Origin: an uncultured delta proteobacterium
GTDB lineage: Bacteria; Desulfobacterota; Desulfuromonadia; Geobacterales; Pseudopelobacteraceae
Assembly (NCBI GenBank): GCA_963772835.1
Contig: CAVYYZ010000002.1
Coordinates: 128,001-192,000, forward strand
Reading direction: 5' to 3'
Length of the DNA: 64,000 nt
Shown here: positions 35,989-46,593 of the stretch, piece after piece
Layout: each line of letters begins with the position of its first letter
Position numbering within the stretch: position 1 is the first letter of the stretch
Notes under the pieces: generated by a model
The model's input: the letters and a program-made list of their open reading frames with translations, nothing else
Told to the model about the DNA's origin: nothing
Databases searched by the model: none
Position numbers and translations under genes: made by a program

Positions 35989-38070
35989 TTAACCCTTTAC
36001 TTTTGCAACTATCTCTTCAGCAACCGATTTCGGTACTGGCTCATAATGATCAAATGTCATTGCGTAGGTGGCACGACCCTGCGTTGCTGAACGAAGATCC
36101 GTTGAATATCCAAACATTTGTGCAAGAGGCACCATGGCGCTGATAACCTGAGCACCGGCGCGTGAATCCATGCCCATTATACGCCCACGTTTAGAGTTAA
36201 GATCGCCTATTACGTCACCCATGTAATCTTCGGGCACCACAACTTCAACTGACATTATAGGCTCAAGAATAATAGGGCCGGCTTTTGAACAACCCTCTTT
36301 GAAGCCCATTGAACCGGCGATTTTAAACGCCATTTCGGAGGAGTCGACTTCGTGGTAGGAACCATCAATCAACGTAACTTTTACATCAACTACCGGGAAT
36401 CCTGCCAGTACGCCATTATCGAGTGCTTCCTTAATACCTTTATCAACAGCAGGAATGAATTCACGGGGTACAGTGCCACCCTTGATTGCGTCAACGAATT
36501 CATACCCTTTGCCCGCTTCAGGTTGTGGTTCGACTTCAAGCCAAACATGACCGTATTGGCCACGTCCACCTGATTGGCGAACAAATTTACCCTCGACTTT
36601 AACTTTTTTAGTAATGGTTTCACGGTACGCAACCTGCGGTTTGCCAACATTGGCTTCAACCTTAAATTCACGCATCAACCTGTCTACTATGATTTCAAGA
36701 TGTAACTCACCCATACCTGAAATAATTGTCTGGCCGGTTTCCTCATCAGTTTTAACACGGAAAGATGGGTCTTCACTGGCAAGTTTCTGCAAACCAAAAC
36801 CGAGCTTTTCCTGTTCCGCCTTTGTTTTAGGCTCAATGGCGATAGAGATAACCGGCTCAGGGAATTCAATAGACTCCAATATGACAGCCTTATCTTCATC
36901 ACACAGAGTATCACCGGTCGTTGTGTACTTAAGACCAACTGCAGCCGCGATATCACCAGCGTACACTTCTTTTACTTCTTCACGCTTATTCGCGTGCATC
37001 TTAAGAATACGGCCGATACGCTCGCGCTTGCCTTTTGTGGAATTGTAGATATATGACCCGGCCTGAACAACACCGGAATATACTCGGAAGAACGTCAACT
37101 GGCCCACGAACGGGTCTGTCATAATTTTAAAACCAAGTGCAGAAAACGGCTCTGCGTCAGAAGCCATACGCTCAATTTCGAGACCTTTATCTGTATCAAT
37201 CCCTTTAACAGGAGGAATATCCATTGGAGAAGGCATGTAATCAACTACGGCATCGAGGAGATTCTGTACGCCTTTGTTTTTAAAAGAAGAACCACATATA
37301 ACCGGGCAGAACTTGATCCCGATAGTACACGAACGAATTGCAGCCTTTACTTCATCCTCACTCAACGCTTCACCGGAGAGATACTTCTCCATAAGAGCAT
37401 CATCATGACTGGATATTTCTTCAATCATCTTCTCGCGATACTCAACAGCCTCATCAAGGAGGTCTGCGGGAATTTCCTCAGTACGGTAGGTAGCACCCAG
37501 CGTCTCGTCATCCCACAGAATAGCCTTCATAGTAACAAGGTCAATAATCCCCTTGAAATTTTCTTCTTTACCAATAGGCAACTGGATGGGAAGAGGATTC
37601 GCCTTGAGGCGGTCTTTTATCATTTGTACGCCACGGAAAAAATCCGCACCGACACGGTCCATCTTATTTATAAAAGCAATCCGTGGTACGCCATACTTAT
37701 CAGCCTGGCGCCAAACCGTTTCCGACTGAGGCTCAACACCGCCAACAGAGCAGAAAACCGCAACCGCACCGTCAAGCACACGCAAAGAGCGCTCAACTTC
37801 AATAGTAAAATCAACGTGGCCAGGTGTATCAATAATATTAATACGATGATCATTCCAGGTACAGGTAGTCGCAGCCGACGTGATGGTGATGCCACGCTCC
37901 TGCTCCTGCTCCATCCAGTCCATCGTAGCAGTGCCTTCGTGGACTTCACCGATCTTATGGGATACGCCTGTGTAATAAAGTATACGTTCGGTCGTAGTCG
38001 TTTTTCCAGCATCAATATGAGCCATGATGCCAATATTTCTATATTTATCAAGTGGTGCTAAGCGGGGCAC
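35989..38070 (-). CDS. fusA: Elongation factor G
   Basis: [26 protein letters not shown] start with GGAGG RBS. Confidence 0.98.
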   Translation of the reverse strand: MPRLAPLDKYRNIGIMAHIDAGKTTTTERILYYTGVSHKIGEVHEGTATMDWMEQEQERGITITSAATTCTWNDHRINIIDTPGHVDFTIEVERSLRVLDGAVAVFCSVGGVEPQSETVWRQADKYGVPRIAFINKMDRVGADFFRGVQMIKDRLKANPLPIQLPIGKEENFKGIIDLVTMKAILWDDETLGATYRTEEIPADLLDEAVEYREKMIEEISSHDDALMEKYLSGEALSEDEVKAAIRSCTIGIKFCPVICGSSFKNKGVQNLLDAVVDYMPSPMDIPPVKGIDTDKGLEIERMASDAEPFSALGFKIMTDPFVGQLTFFRVYSGVVQAGSYIYNSTKGKRERIGRILKMHANKREEVKEVYAGDIAAAVGLKYTTTGDTLCDEDKAVILESIEFPEPVISIAIEPKTKAEQEKLGFGLQKLASEDPSFRVKTDEETGQTIISGMGELHLEIIVDRLMREFKVEANVGKPQVAYRETITKKVKVEGKFVRQSGGRGQYGHVWLEVEPQPEAGKGYEFVDAIKGGTVPREFIPAVDKGIKEALDNGVLAGFPVVDVKVTLIDGSYHEVDSSEMAFKIAGSMGFKEGCSKAGPIILEPIMSVEVVVPEDYMGDVIGDLNSKRGRIMGMDSRAGAQVISAMVPLAQMFGYSTDLRSATQGRATYAMTFDHYEPVPKSVAEEIVAKVKG

Positions 38071-38097
38071 TGAATCCTCCAAAAAAGACTAATACTG

Positions 38098-38568
38098 CTA
38101 CCAGCGATAGTGGGCAAAGGCACGATTTGCTTCGGCCATTTTGTGGACATCTTCACGTTTCTTAACTGCTGAACCACGATTGTTAAAAGCGTCCAGAATC
38201 TCACCGGCTAACTTATCCTTCATCGTTTTCTCGCTGCGAGCAGTTGAATACTTTATCAACCAGCGCATTGCCAACGACATACGACGCTCTGGCCGGACTT
38301 CAATCGGCACCTGATAGGTTGAACCGCCAACGCGGCGTGATTTTACCTCAAGAGTCGGCTTGATGTTGTCGAGGCTCTTTTTAAGCACCTTTACCGCTTC
38401 ATCATTTGCCCTCTGCGCAACAAGTTCAAGTGCGCCATACATGATCGACTCGGCAACACTTTTCTTACCTGCCAACATAAGCGTGTTGATGAGTTTCGCA
38501 ACAACCTTGTCGTTAAACTTTGGATCCGGCAGAATAATTCTTTTGGGTACTTCTCTTCTTCTTGGCAT
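38098..38568 (-). CDS. rpsG: 30S ribosomal protein S7
   Basis: [22 protein letters not shown]. Confidence 0.98.
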   Translation of the reverse strand: MPRRREVPKRIILPDPKFNDKVVAKLINTLMLAGKKSVAESIMYGALELVAQRANDEAVKVLKKSLDNIKPTLEVKSRRVGGSTYQVPIEVRPERRMSLAMRWLIKYSTARSEKTMKDKLAGEILDAFNNRGSAVKKREDVHKMAEANRAFAHYRW

Positions 38569-38599
38569 ATATTATCCCCTCAACTAAACAGGTTCAGTA

Positions 38600-38971
38600 T
38601 TATTTCGGACGCTTGGCGCCATACTTGGAACGACTCTGCAAACGGCCTTTCACACCGACCGAGTCAAGCGTACCACGAACGATGTGATAACGGACACCCG
38701 GAAGGTCTTTAACTCTCCCGCCGCGAATCAGAACGACGGAGTGTTCCTGAAGATTATGGCCAACACCCGGAATATATGATGTTACCTCAAGTCCGTTTGT
38801 CAAGCGAACCCTGGCGACTTTACGGAGAGCAGAGTTAGGTTTTTTTGGTGTCGTTGTATAAACCCTTGTGCACACACCGCGTTTCTGCGGGCAGCTCTTC
38901 AGAGCCGGGGCCGTTGACTTGTCTTTCTTGCTTTCTCTACCTGACCTGATCAGCTGGTTAATTGTTGGCAT
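38600..38971 (-). CDS. rpsL: 30S ribosomal protein S12
   Basis: [18 protein letters not shown]; true start ATG 38971. Confidence 0.98.
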   Translation of the reverse strand: MPTINQLIRSGRESKKDKSTAPALKSCPQKRGVCTRVYTTTPKKPNSALRKVARVRLTNGLEVTSYIPGVGHNLQEHSVVLIRGGRVKDLPGVRYHIVRGTLDSVGVKGRLQSRSKYGAKRPK

Positions 38972-39030
38972 AGTCGTCAAATTCTCCAGATACAAAAATA
39001 TCGAACTGCCCCAAAAAGGAGCGAACTCGC

Positions 39031-39060
39031 AAACTAACAAAAGACGAGAATCTTTGTCAA
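39031..39060 (-). promoter_or_regulatory. Putative sigma70 promoter of the str operon
   Basis: TTGACA(39060-39055)-N18-TAGTTT with an extended -10 TG. Confidence 0.55.
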
Positions 39061-39111
39061 TCTTTTTTATTTGGTTGTGGTATTTTTTTTGTGAGCCGTT
39101 CAGACTCAAAG

Positions 39112-39275
39112 GGCGCTACTACTAAATTACTCTTGTTATACGCATGATGATTCTGAATCAATCCTGGTCGCTCTGACATTTTCTGCGGATGGGAATGGAA
39201 TAATTGTAGGGTCGGAATTAAACCGACATCTCCATTCAGGTCAGTAGCGATTGTTGCGCCTCTATCTATGAGGAA
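39112..39275 (-). ncRNA. Candidate structured RNA or leader upstream of rpsL (family unassigned)
   Basis: Own TTGACA-N18-TATAAG promoter (39310-39281); terminal GGCGC/GCGCC pairing; nested hairpin with a T-loop-like GTCGG-TTTAATT-CCGAC. Confidence 0.3.
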
Positions 39276-39402
39276 TTGCACTTATACTCTTATTGCTAAT
39301 CCAGTGTCAACAAAAAACATCCATGACCTTCTTTTTTATCCTCTCATATACGCTGCAAACATAACACATCAATAGATACAGTGGCTTATTAACGTCATTG
39401 TG

Positions 39403-40296
39403 TTAACTGATTAACAACTTACTCCTCTTTCCGATTGTAAATTTGTTCTCCGGTAAAACGGAAAACATCATCGCTCCCAGTATACACACCGCACCGGCAT
39501 AGCCGTAGGCTCCGAGACGTTCATTCAGTATCAACCGTGCGTACAGAGCTGCAAAAACAGGTTCAGTACAAAATATTAGTGCCGTATTGGTATGACTGAT
39601 ATATCGCTGCATGGACGTCTGGACTAAAAAGGCAAAAACCGTCGCAATGAGGGCACAAACCAGAAGCGGGACGAGTAAATGCGGATACCATATCATTACC
39701 TCTTTACCCCGGACGAATGATATTGCATAACTGAAAAACGCAACTACACCCAACTGGACAACAGTAAGCCAATAGAAGTCACTGCGACGAACAAATTCAC
39801 CAGTGCAGACCAAATGCAAAGAAACACAAATTGCGCATAAAGCGGCCAACATATCGCCTTTATTTAAGTACCATTGCCCATTACCGCATAGCAGGAGAAG
39901 TCCCGTCACTGCAAGCATAACAGCCAGTTTGGCGCCAGTAGAAATGCGGTGTTTGAGAACAATCGCCGCAACTATTGGCACAATAACTACATTCAATCCC
40001 GTTAGAAAACCGGTGTTAGAGGCACTTGTAAAGAGTAGCGCCACTGTTTGAAATGCGTATGCACCAAAGAGAAATATCCCCATAATGCAGCCGCGGAGAA
40101 TGGTCGCGCCATCCAGTCTTCCGCCTTTAAACAAGCCGATAGGAAGTATACATGCAAATGCCAGGATAAACCGTTGAGTAAGAAAAACGAATACATCCAC
40201 GCTTTCAATGGACTGTTTGACGACAGTGAAAGTAACTCCCCAGAAAAAAGTTGTAACAAGAAGCAGCACAACTGCTTTGTAACGATTCATAAGCAT
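39403..40296 (-). CDS. EamA/DMT family transporter
   Basis: FFWGVTFTVVK, TSASNTGFLTG and FCTEPVFA motifs; hydrophobic; start 40296 or 40290. Confidence 0.88.
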   Translation of the reverse strand: MLMNRYKAVVLLLVTTFFWGVTFTVVKQSIESVDVFVFLTQRFILAFACILPIGLFKGGRLDGATILRGCIMGIFLFGAYAFQTVALLFTSASNTGFLTGLNVVIVPIVAAIVLKHRISTGAKLAVMLAVTGLLLLCGNGQWYLNKGDMLAALCAICVSLHLVCTGEFVRRSDFYWLTVVQLGVVAFFSYAISFVRGKEVMIWYPHLLVPLLVCALIATVFAFLVQTSMQRYISHTNTALIFCTEPVFAALYARLILNERLGAYGYAGAVCILGAMMFSVLPENKFTIGKRSKLLIS

Positions 40297-40406
40297 CCAG
40301 TCCTCAATAGCCGGTTTGGTCAAACCATAAGACACTGTCTTTGTACTCATTTCCTTTTTATCTGACAAGTTAAATGTCCTTTTGCAGAGCAATCAGCAAT
40401 ATTTTT

Positions 40407-40461
40407 TATTGACAATCACACGTAGGATTACATATAAAACCTCATTCTTGTCTTACCATTT
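40407..40461 (+). promoter_or_regulatory. Promoter plus GntR/FadR-like operator, copy 1
   Basis: TTGACA-N18-TATAAA followed by TTCTTGTCTTACCATTT; near-duplicate at 60644-60697. Confidence 0.6.
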
Positions 40462-40499
40462 AATTGTTCAATGCCATCAAAAAAAAGGAGAGTATTAAC

Positions 40500-41243
40500 A
40501 TGAAAAAACTTCGCTTTCTGTCCGTTGCCGCCCTGCTGGTAGCCTCGCTGGCCTCAACTGCCATGGCTGCCCCGAAGAGTATCATAGTGGCGACTGATGC
40601 AACCTGGCCACCAATGGAAATGGTTGATACAAACAAGCAGATCGTTGGATATGACATCGATTTTTTCAATGCCGTAGCCAAAGAGGCCGGCGTTTCCGTT
40701 GAATTCAAAAACACCGCATGGGACGGCATCTTTGCCGGACTCGACTCCGGGAAATACGACGCCATCATCTCATCAGTCACCATCACCGATGAGCGCAAGG
40801 CAAAATATGACTTTACTGAGGCCTATACCAGCATCGGCCAGATCCTGGTTGTGCCAAAAACTGACAAGACTTCCAAAACAATTGCAGACCTGAAAGGCAA
40901 AAAGGTTGGTTCCCAGATAGGTACCACCGCAACAATGGAGATTAAAAAAATTGCCGGCGTTGAATCAAAGACCTATGACGAAATCGGTCTTGCGTTTGAA
41001 GATATGGCCGCTGGCCGTATTTCCGGTGTCGTTTGCGATGAACCGGTTGCTGCCCACTTTGCCCTGCAGAAAAAGGAGTACAACAAAAAGTTCAAAATCG
41101 TTGGTAAACCCTTCACCAAAGAAGGTTACGGCATTGTTGTAAAGAAAGGTAACAAGGAGCTGGTCGACCTGCTTAACAAGGGCATAAAAGCTGTTAAAGC
41201 CAAAAAACTTGATGCCAAGATCCACACCAAGTGGGTTAAGTAA
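40500..41243 (+). CDS. Polar/basic amino acid ABC transporter substrate-binding protein
   Basis: Signal peptide, ATDATWPPME, WDGIFAGL and SSVTITDER motifs. Confidence 0.9.
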   Translation: MKKLRFLSVAALLVASLASTAMAAPKSIIVATDATWPPMEMVDTNKQIVGYDIDFFNAVAKEAGVSVEFKNTAWDGIFAGLDSGKYDAIISSVTITDERKAKYDFTEAYTSIGQILVVPKTDKTSKTIADLKGKKVGSQIGTTATMEIKKIAGVESKTYDEIGLAFEDMAAGRISGVVCDEPVAAHFALQKKEYNKKFKIVGKPFTKEGYGIVVKKGNKELVDLLNKGIKAVKAKKLDAKIHTKWVK

Positions 41244-41250
41244 ATCAGCA

Positions 41251-41286
41251 TGCAGGGAGGGGCGGTATTGAAAGCCCTTCCCTGCA
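41251..41286 (+). terminator. Intergenic hairpin after the binding-protein gene
   Basis: TGCAGGGAGGGGC...GCCCTTCCCTGCA; no U-tract, so more likely a stabiliser. Confidence 0.45.
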
Positions 41287-41296
41287 CCTACTTAAT

Positions 41297-42085
41297 ATGA
41301 TTGATAATAAATCACCACATACACCGATAGACGTCGGTGACGGGGCCGCCATCCCTCACAAAAGCGACACCGGTCTTTTTACAGCCTGGCGCATCGCTTT
41401 TTTTGGTTCCATCGTGCTTTGCCTCTTTCTGGCTTTCGGTCGGCCGGATCAGTACATGGCGATCTTCATGTTCGTACCGGACGGTATCCTGATTACCTTT
41501 AAGGTTACGATTGGCGCTATTTTTCTGGCAATAGTATTCGGATTGATCGCCGGCCTGGGGCGAATATCAACCAATCGCTTCATCAACGGATCTGCATCGT
41601 TATATGTCGAAGTAATTCGAGGCATTCCGTTGCTGGTACAGCTCTTCTACATTTACTATGCCCTGGGTAGATTTGTAAAAATCCCCGATATGTTAAGTGC
41701 CATTATTGCCATGGCTTTCTGTTACGGCGCGTACATGGCCGAGATTTTCCGGGCCGGCATCCAATCCATACCAAAAGGGCAGATGGAGGCGGCTCTCTCT
41801 CTGGGGATGTCCCGCAGACAGGCCATGCGACAGGTCATTCTTCCCCAGGCGTTTAAAGTTGTGCTTCCGCCGATCGGAAACGAATTCATCGCCCTGCTGA
41901 AAGATTCATCCCTGGTTTCAATTCTTGCGGTTTCCGACCTGTTGCGCCGCGGCCGCGAATATGCCTCTGAAACCTTCAACTACTTTGAAACCTACACAGT
42001 CATTGCTCTGATTTACCTGATAATGACGCTCTTCTTTTCCAAACTGATAAGCATCATGGAGGAGCGACTCAATGAAGGCCGCTAG
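41297..42085 (+). CDS. Polar amino acid ABC permease
   Basis: [29 protein letters not shown] and LKDSSL motifs. Confidence 0.92.
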   Translation: MIDNKSPHTPIDVGDGAAIPHKSDTGLFTAWRIAFFGSIVLCLFLAFGRPDQYMAIFMFVPDGILITFKVTIGAIFLAIVFGLIAGLGRISTNRFINGSASLYVEVIRGIPLLVQLFYIYYALGRFVKIPDMLSAIIAMAFCYGAYMAEIFRAGIQSIPKGQMEAALSLGMSRRQAMRQVILPQAFKVVLPPIGNEFIALLKDSSLVSILAVSDLLRRGREYASETFNYFETYTVIALIYLIMTLFFSKLISIMEERLNEGR

Positions 42086-42815
42086 CCGTCCCATGATAGA
42101 AGTCAGCGGGGTTTCAAAATTTTTTGGTACATTCCAGGCCCTTAACGACATCTCCTTCACTGTCTGTGATGGTGAAAAGGTCGTCATCATAGGTCCCAGC
42201 GGTTCGGGCAAAAGCACCATCCTGCGCTCCATCAACGGCCTGGAGAGCATCGATCGCGGCCGAATAACCGTCGGCGGAATGGATGTCAGTCATCCGAAGG
42301 CAGATATCTGTAAGATTCGTGAGGAAGTCGGTATGGTATTTCAGTCCTTCAACCTCTTCCCCCACAGGACAGTACTTGAAAACCTGACTCTGGCCCAGAC
42401 CGTTGTTCGCAAGCGGAGCAAAAAAGAGGCTGAAGATATCGCTATGGAACTGCTGCACAAGGTAAATATTGCCGAAAAGGCGTCCGCCTACCCTGCCAAA
42501 CTTTCCGGCGGTCAGCAGCAGCGCGTTGCCATCGCCCGCTCTCTGGCAATGAACCCGAAAGCGATTCTCTTTGATGAACCGACCTCGGCACTGGATCCTG
42601 AAATGATAGGGGAAGTGCTCGACGTCATGAAGAATCTTGCCCGGGAAGGGATGACGATGGTTGTAGTCACGCACGAGATGGGCTTTGCCCGCGAGGTGGC
42701 AGACAGGGTGATCTTTATGGATCACGGTAGCATTGTTGAAGAAGGCACCCCCGAACACTTTTTTACCGATCCGACTCACGAACGGGCGAAATTGTTTTTA
42801 AGCCAGATACTCTAA
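42072..42815 (+). CDS. Polar amino acid ABC ATP-binding protein (GlnQ-like)
   Basis: [27 protein letters not shown]. Confidence 0.92.
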   Translation: MKAASRPMIEVSGVSKFFGTFQALNDISFTVCDGEKVVIIGPSGSGKSTILRSINGLESIDRGRITVGGMDVSHPKADICKIREEVGMVFQSFNLFPHRTVLENLTLAQTVVRKRSKKEAEDIAMELLHKVNIAEKASAYPAKLSGGQQQRVAIARSLAMNPKAILFDEPTSALDPEMIGEVLDVMKNLAREGMTMVVVTHEMGFAREVADRVIFMDHGSIVEEGTPEHFFTDPTHERAKLFLSQIL

Positions 42816-42872
42816 CTCTTGCACATGCAGGAGTATTTTACCACGCAGGACATCACTCACAGGAGGTAGTAC

Positions 42873-44267
42873 ATGAAAAGCAGTAAAGTAAAGGCAGCGC
42901 TTGTAACGTTGGGCCTCGCCGCAGCAGTGGCAACACCGGCAATGGCGTTGGAGAACCAGTTCAGCGGTTCATTTGCGGCGTATTATGACCTTTCAAACTA
43001 CAGTGCGACAGGCAATGATGGAGAACCTTCCAGCGTAAAGAAAAATGCGCAGGGATTGTCAAAGGATGCGACGACACAGAACTATTTTGTTCAACGCGCG
43101 CGTCTCGGTTACACCGCAAAAGTCAGCGAAGATGTTAAACTGGTTTCGAAGTTTGAACTTGACTATAAATTTTGGGGTAACAGCTCATATGCAACCGGTC
43201 GTAATAGCGGCGGTGCAATCGGCGCAGACAGTGTCAACCTTGAGACCAAGAATCTGTACGTTGATCTGAACGTTGCCAAGGGCCTTAACGCAAAAATCGG
43301 CATGCAGGGTTATAATGACTCTTTCAAAGGTGTCATGTTTGATGCCGACATGGCAGGTATCCTGCTTTCACATGAATATGACAAGGCAAGCGTAACTGCC
43401 GGTTACTTCCGTTTTTCAGACCGCAATACGACAACCATCGGTAAAAATACCAATGATATGTTCGCGCTGGACGGCAAGTACAATATTTCAAAAACTTCGA
43501 AAGTCGGGGCTGCGTACTACTATATCGGCGACAATCAAAGCAATGGGTCAACAACCACAACCTCAACAGTTGGTCCGATAACCGGATATACCGCTGATGG
43601 AGTTGCAATCTACGCCACCGCGCCCACAATAACTACGACACAACAACCCAATAATGCCACGAAGGTACATACTGTCGGCCTGAATGCGGAAACGGCAGTA
43701 GGGCCGGTAACCATTACCGGATTCGCTTTGGCACAGTTTGGAGATTTTGATGCCGCAAAGAAAGCCAAGGGGTATGCTGCAAACCTGGGCGCTAAAATGC
43801 CTCTGGGCGGCGGAACAGCACGCACTGAACTTCTCTATGTCGGTGGTGGGAAAAATGAACTCTACGTTGCCAACTACTATGGCTACACAGAGGGTGGTGG
43901 CTTCTACGATGCTGAGATGATCATGCTCAACCGCGACAAGAACGCCAAAACCATTGATTCCGCCATTGTTTACGATACAAACAACTACGGTCAGGGCCTT
44001 ATCTTTGGCTCAATCGGCTACGACTACCCCATTACAGCTAAACTCTCGGGCAGTGTAAATGCAGGATTTGCAGCTGTAGCCAAAAATGCAACCGCAAGCA
44101 GCAGTGACTACCTTGGCACTGAAGTTAATGTGGAAACCAATTACAAGCTCACTCCGGCAGTTACGCTTGGCGCACGTGCCGGCTACGTATTCCTGGGTGA
44201 TTATTTCAAAGGCAATTCGTTTGACAACCCTTACGATGTCAAGCTGATTGCAAGTCTTTCTTTCTAA
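42873..44267 (+). CDS. Outer-membrane beta-barrel channel/porin
   Basis: Signal peptide, amphipathic beta-strand pattern, LGTEVN motif, C-terminal Phe. Confidence 0.75.
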   Translation: MKSSKVKAALVTLGLAAAVATPAMALENQFSGSFAAYYDLSNYSATGNDGEPSSVKKNAQGLSKDATTQNYFVQRARLGYTAKVSEDVKLVSKFELDYKFWGNSSYATGRNSGGAIGADSVNLETKNLYVDLNVAKGLNAKIGMQGYNDSFKGVMFDADMAGILLSHEYDKASVTAGYFRFSDRNTTTIGKNTNDMFALDGKYNISKTSKVGAAYYYIGDNQSNGSTTTTSTVGPITGYTADGVAIYATAPTITTTQQPNNATKVHTVGLNAETAVGPVTITGFALAQFGDFDAAKKAKGYAANLGAKMPLGGGTARTELLYVGGGKNELYVANYYGYTEGGGFYDAEMIMLNRDKNAKTIDSAIVYDTNNYGQGLIFGSIGYDYPITAKLSGSVNAGFAAVAKNATASSSDYLGTEVNVETNYKLTPAVTLGARAGYVFLGDYFKGNSFDNPYDVKLIASLSF

Positions 44268-44278
44268 TATTTTCAAAA

Positions 44279-44304
44279 CCTCCGAGGTGTAAAATCCTCG
44301 GAGG
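44279..44304 (+). terminator. Hairpin after the porin gene
   Basis: CCTCCGAGG-TGTAAAAT-CCTCGGAGG. Confidence 0.5.
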
Positions 44305-44371
44305 ATCAATATCATTCAACAGTACTGCCTATTGAGTAAGCACCACACCCCACCAAGGAAGGAGACACACA

Positions 44372-45559
44372 ATGAGCTTTAAAAAGAGTACTGCACTGTT
44401 CCTGTCCGCTGTATTGGCCCTGACTGTTGTTGCCGGATGCAAGAAGAAGGAAGAGGCGAAACCTGCTGATGCTCCGAAGGCAGCCTCAGACACAATCAAA
44501 ATCGGCTTCCTTGGCGCCCTGACCGGTGACGTCGCCATGTTCGGCAAACCGACACTGGAAGGAATGAAGATGGCCGCCGAAGATCTGAACGCCGCAGGTG
44601 GTGTTCTGGGCAAGAAGATCGAGATTGTTGAGGCCGATAACCGTGGAGACAAGCAGGAAGGCGCTTCCGTCACCCAGAAACTCATAAGCCGTGACAACGT
44701 AATCGCCATCGTTGGTGACCCTACCACCGGAATTACCAAAGTTGCCGCACCAATTGCCCAGAAGGCCGAAGTACTTCTCATTTCTGCCGGCGCAACCGGC
44801 CCCGGAGTTGTTGAAAACGGTGATTTCATTTTCCGCAACACACTGCTCGACAGCGTTGCCATTCCGGCCTGTATCGACTACTTTGCCAATGACCTCAAAT
44901 ACAAGAAGGTCGCCATCATCACATCTGACAACAACGACTACAGCGTTGGTTTCTCCCAGACGTTCCGCGATGCCGCCAAAGGGAAAGGCATCACAATTGT
45001 AGCCGATGAGAAGGTAAAAGACGGCGACAAGGACTTCAGCGGGCAGGTCACCAACATTAAAGCCAAGAAACCGGATGTCATCTTCTTCTCCGGCTACTAC
45101 ACCGAAGGTGCCTTGATCATGAAGGAAGCCCGAAAGCAGGGCGTCAAGGCCAACATGTTCGGCGGCGACGGCCTCTTCTCTCCCGAATTCATCAAACTGG
45201 GCGGTTCGGCAGTTGAAGGTTCCATGTCTGCACTCGGTTTTGCTCCTGAGCAGGCATCCCCTGAAACCGCAAAATTCATCGAAGCTTTCTCGAAGAAATT
45301 TGCCGGTCAGGTCCCCGGTCTGTTTGATGCACAGGGCTATGACGGAGTCATGATGATCGCTGATGCCATCAAACGCGCCAACAGCGCTGACCCTAAAGTA
45401 TTCAAAACAGCTATGGCTGCAACAAAGAATTTCAAAGGCGTTTCCGGCACAATTACAATCCGTGCCAACCGCGAGCCGATCAAGACTCCACTCTGCCTGT
45501 TGGCAGTCAAAGACGGCAAATTCGTCCTGAAAGCAAAAGTACCGGTCAAGATGGACTAA
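44372..45559 (+). CDS. livK: Branched-chain amino acid ABC substrate-binding lipoprotein
   Basis: VAGC lipobox, IKIGFLGALTG, NAAGGVLGKKIE. Confidence 0.85.
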   Translation: MSFKKSTALFLSAVLALTVVAGCKKKEEAKPADAPKAASDTIKIGFLGALTGDVAMFGKPTLEGMKMAAEDLNAAGGVLGKKIEIVEADNRGDKQEGASVTQKLISRDNVIAIVGDPTTGITKVAAPIAQKAEVLLISAGATGPGVVENGDFIFRNTLLDSVAIPACIDYFANDLKYKKVAIITSDNNDYSVGFSQTFRDAAKGKGITIVADEKVKDGDKDFSGQVTNIKAKKPDVIFFSGYYTEGALIMKEARKQGVKANMFGGDGLFSPEFIKLGGSAVEGSMSALGFAPEQASPETAKFIEAFSKKFAGQVPGLFDAQGYDGVMMIADAIKRANSADPKVFKTAMAATKNFKGVSGTITIRANREPIKTPLCLLAVKDGKFVLKAKVPVKMD

Positions 45560-45595
45560 TCTGTAATAAGAGTTTTTTGATTTATTTAAAAACCG

Positions 45596-45636
45596 TAAAA
45601 CGCCGTGCAACCGTAACTGGTAGCACGGCGTTTTTA
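45596..45636. terminator. Intrinsic (bidirectional) terminator after livK
   Basis: TAAAACGCCGTGC...GCACGGCGTTTTTA. Confidence 0.8.
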
Positions 45637-45669
45637 TATGCATTCAGGAAAGTATCCACTACACTGTTC

Positions 45670-45738
45670 TTAACATTGTTTCTCAAACCAGGCGTCGTAA
45701 TCGTTTGCCTGTTCATTAAAAGGTGCTTTCTTGGTCAT
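45670..45738 (-). pseudogene. Truncated class I SAM methyltransferase N-terminus
   Basis: MTKKAPFNEQANDYDAWFEKQC* resembles the F..A..YD.WF start of Methyltransf_11 proteins; stops after 22 aa. Confidence 0.55.
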
Positions 45739-45776
45739 TGCGGTTCTCGACTGCCGCACGGGGAACAAGGGGCTCA

Positions 45777-46355
45777 TCAGGTACAAGGTTTTCTGAAAAG
45801 CAGACCATAGTGGTATGGCGGCAGGTCGTAGCGGTTGCTCTCGATGAAAGGGAAACCGGCCTCTCCTCCCCATTCGATACACTGTTCCGGTCGGGGCCGA
45901 ATCTCCATGGCCGGACCGCGAGGCGTAGTGGGGTCGTAGTTCCAGTGGATCACCGCCAGCATTCCATTCGGCTTGAGTACGCGGCGAGCCTCCTTCATCA
46001 AGGCTACCGGCTCTTCGTGATGCAGGATATTGAAGAGCAGGACAGCATCCATGGAATTGTTGTCCAGTCCGGTTCCCTCAGCTACAAAATCGCGCACTGT
46101 TGCCTGCACATTTGCGATGCGGGCTTCGTCGCATTTTTGCCGAACTACAGCAACCATCTCGGGCTCAATGTCCAGGGCATGGACGGTTCCAGCCGCAATT
46201 CCAGCAGCAGCAAGAGAAAATGTTCCATAACCGCAACCGAATTCCACCAGATCTTGTACTCCCCGGTCAAGTCCGAATACCGCAAAAACCCTGGCCGGAT
46301 CGAAAAAACCGGTCCACATTTCTTCGTCGGGCATGCCACTGTCACGGACTTTCAT
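45777..46355 (-). CDS. Class I SAM-dependent methyltransferase
   Basis: VEFGCGYGTF motif I, ALDIEP, RVLKPNG. Confidence 0.88.
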   Translation of the reverse strand: MKVRDSGMPDEEMWTGFFDPARVFAVFGLDRGVQDLVEFGCGYGTFSLAAAGIAAGTVHALDIEPEMVAVVRQKCDEARIANVQATVRDFVAEGTGLDNNSMDAVLLFNILHHEEPVALMKEARRVLKPNGMLAVIHWNYDPTTPRGPAMEIRPRPEQCIEWGGEAGFPFIESNRYDLPPYHYGLLFRKPCT

Positions 46356-46593
46356 GTTTTTCCCCTTGAGTCAATTCCTGCTCAATATAAGCCTGCATTC
46401 TGTCTGCCGACGTAGCAACATCCAACGACACCCACTCGTCATTGACATGCACCGTGGTTGAGCCCCTCAATTCATGCTTAGCAGCCTCTTCTGAATCCAC
46501 CAGATGAAGCGCCACGTCTATCTTCTCTCCAAAACGATCCTTCTTTTTAGCGGCTATGGTTGTGATCAAAGAGTGGAGATCTGCAGACGTCAC
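46342..46593 (-). CDS. Small hypothetical protein, possibly a thioredoxin-like fold fragment
   Basis: GTG overlaps the ArsR stop (GTGA) and its stop overlaps the methyltransferase start; alternating alpha/beta pattern. Confidence 0.6.
   Translation of the reverse strand: MTSADLHSLITTIAAKKKDRFGEKIDVALHLVDSEEAAKHELRGSTTVHVNDEWVSLDVATSADRMQAYIEQELTQGEKHESP

Noticed and set aside
39160..39270. tRNA, lysine riboswitch or cobalamin riboswitch call
   Set aside because: Only fragments match (T-arm-like hairpin, AGAGGCGC, GTCAG..GACC); there is no cloverleaf or full conserved core, so it is left unassigned
39057..39281. 74-aa ORF upstream of rpsL
   Set aside because: Its GTG overlaps the -10 element, there is no RBS and no recognisable protein features
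44486..45643. 385-aa antisense ORF over livK, and similar long shadow ORFs (596-1291, 6337-7200, 8901-9719, 42114-42779, 52522-53487)
   Set aside because: Antisense to well-supported genes; explained by codon bias; no motifs
46569..46592. Selenocysteine readthrough of the ArsR TGA after CCVR
   Set aside because: In-frame readthrough meets another TGA after RLQISTL, and the downstream ORF is in a different frame; no convincing SECIS
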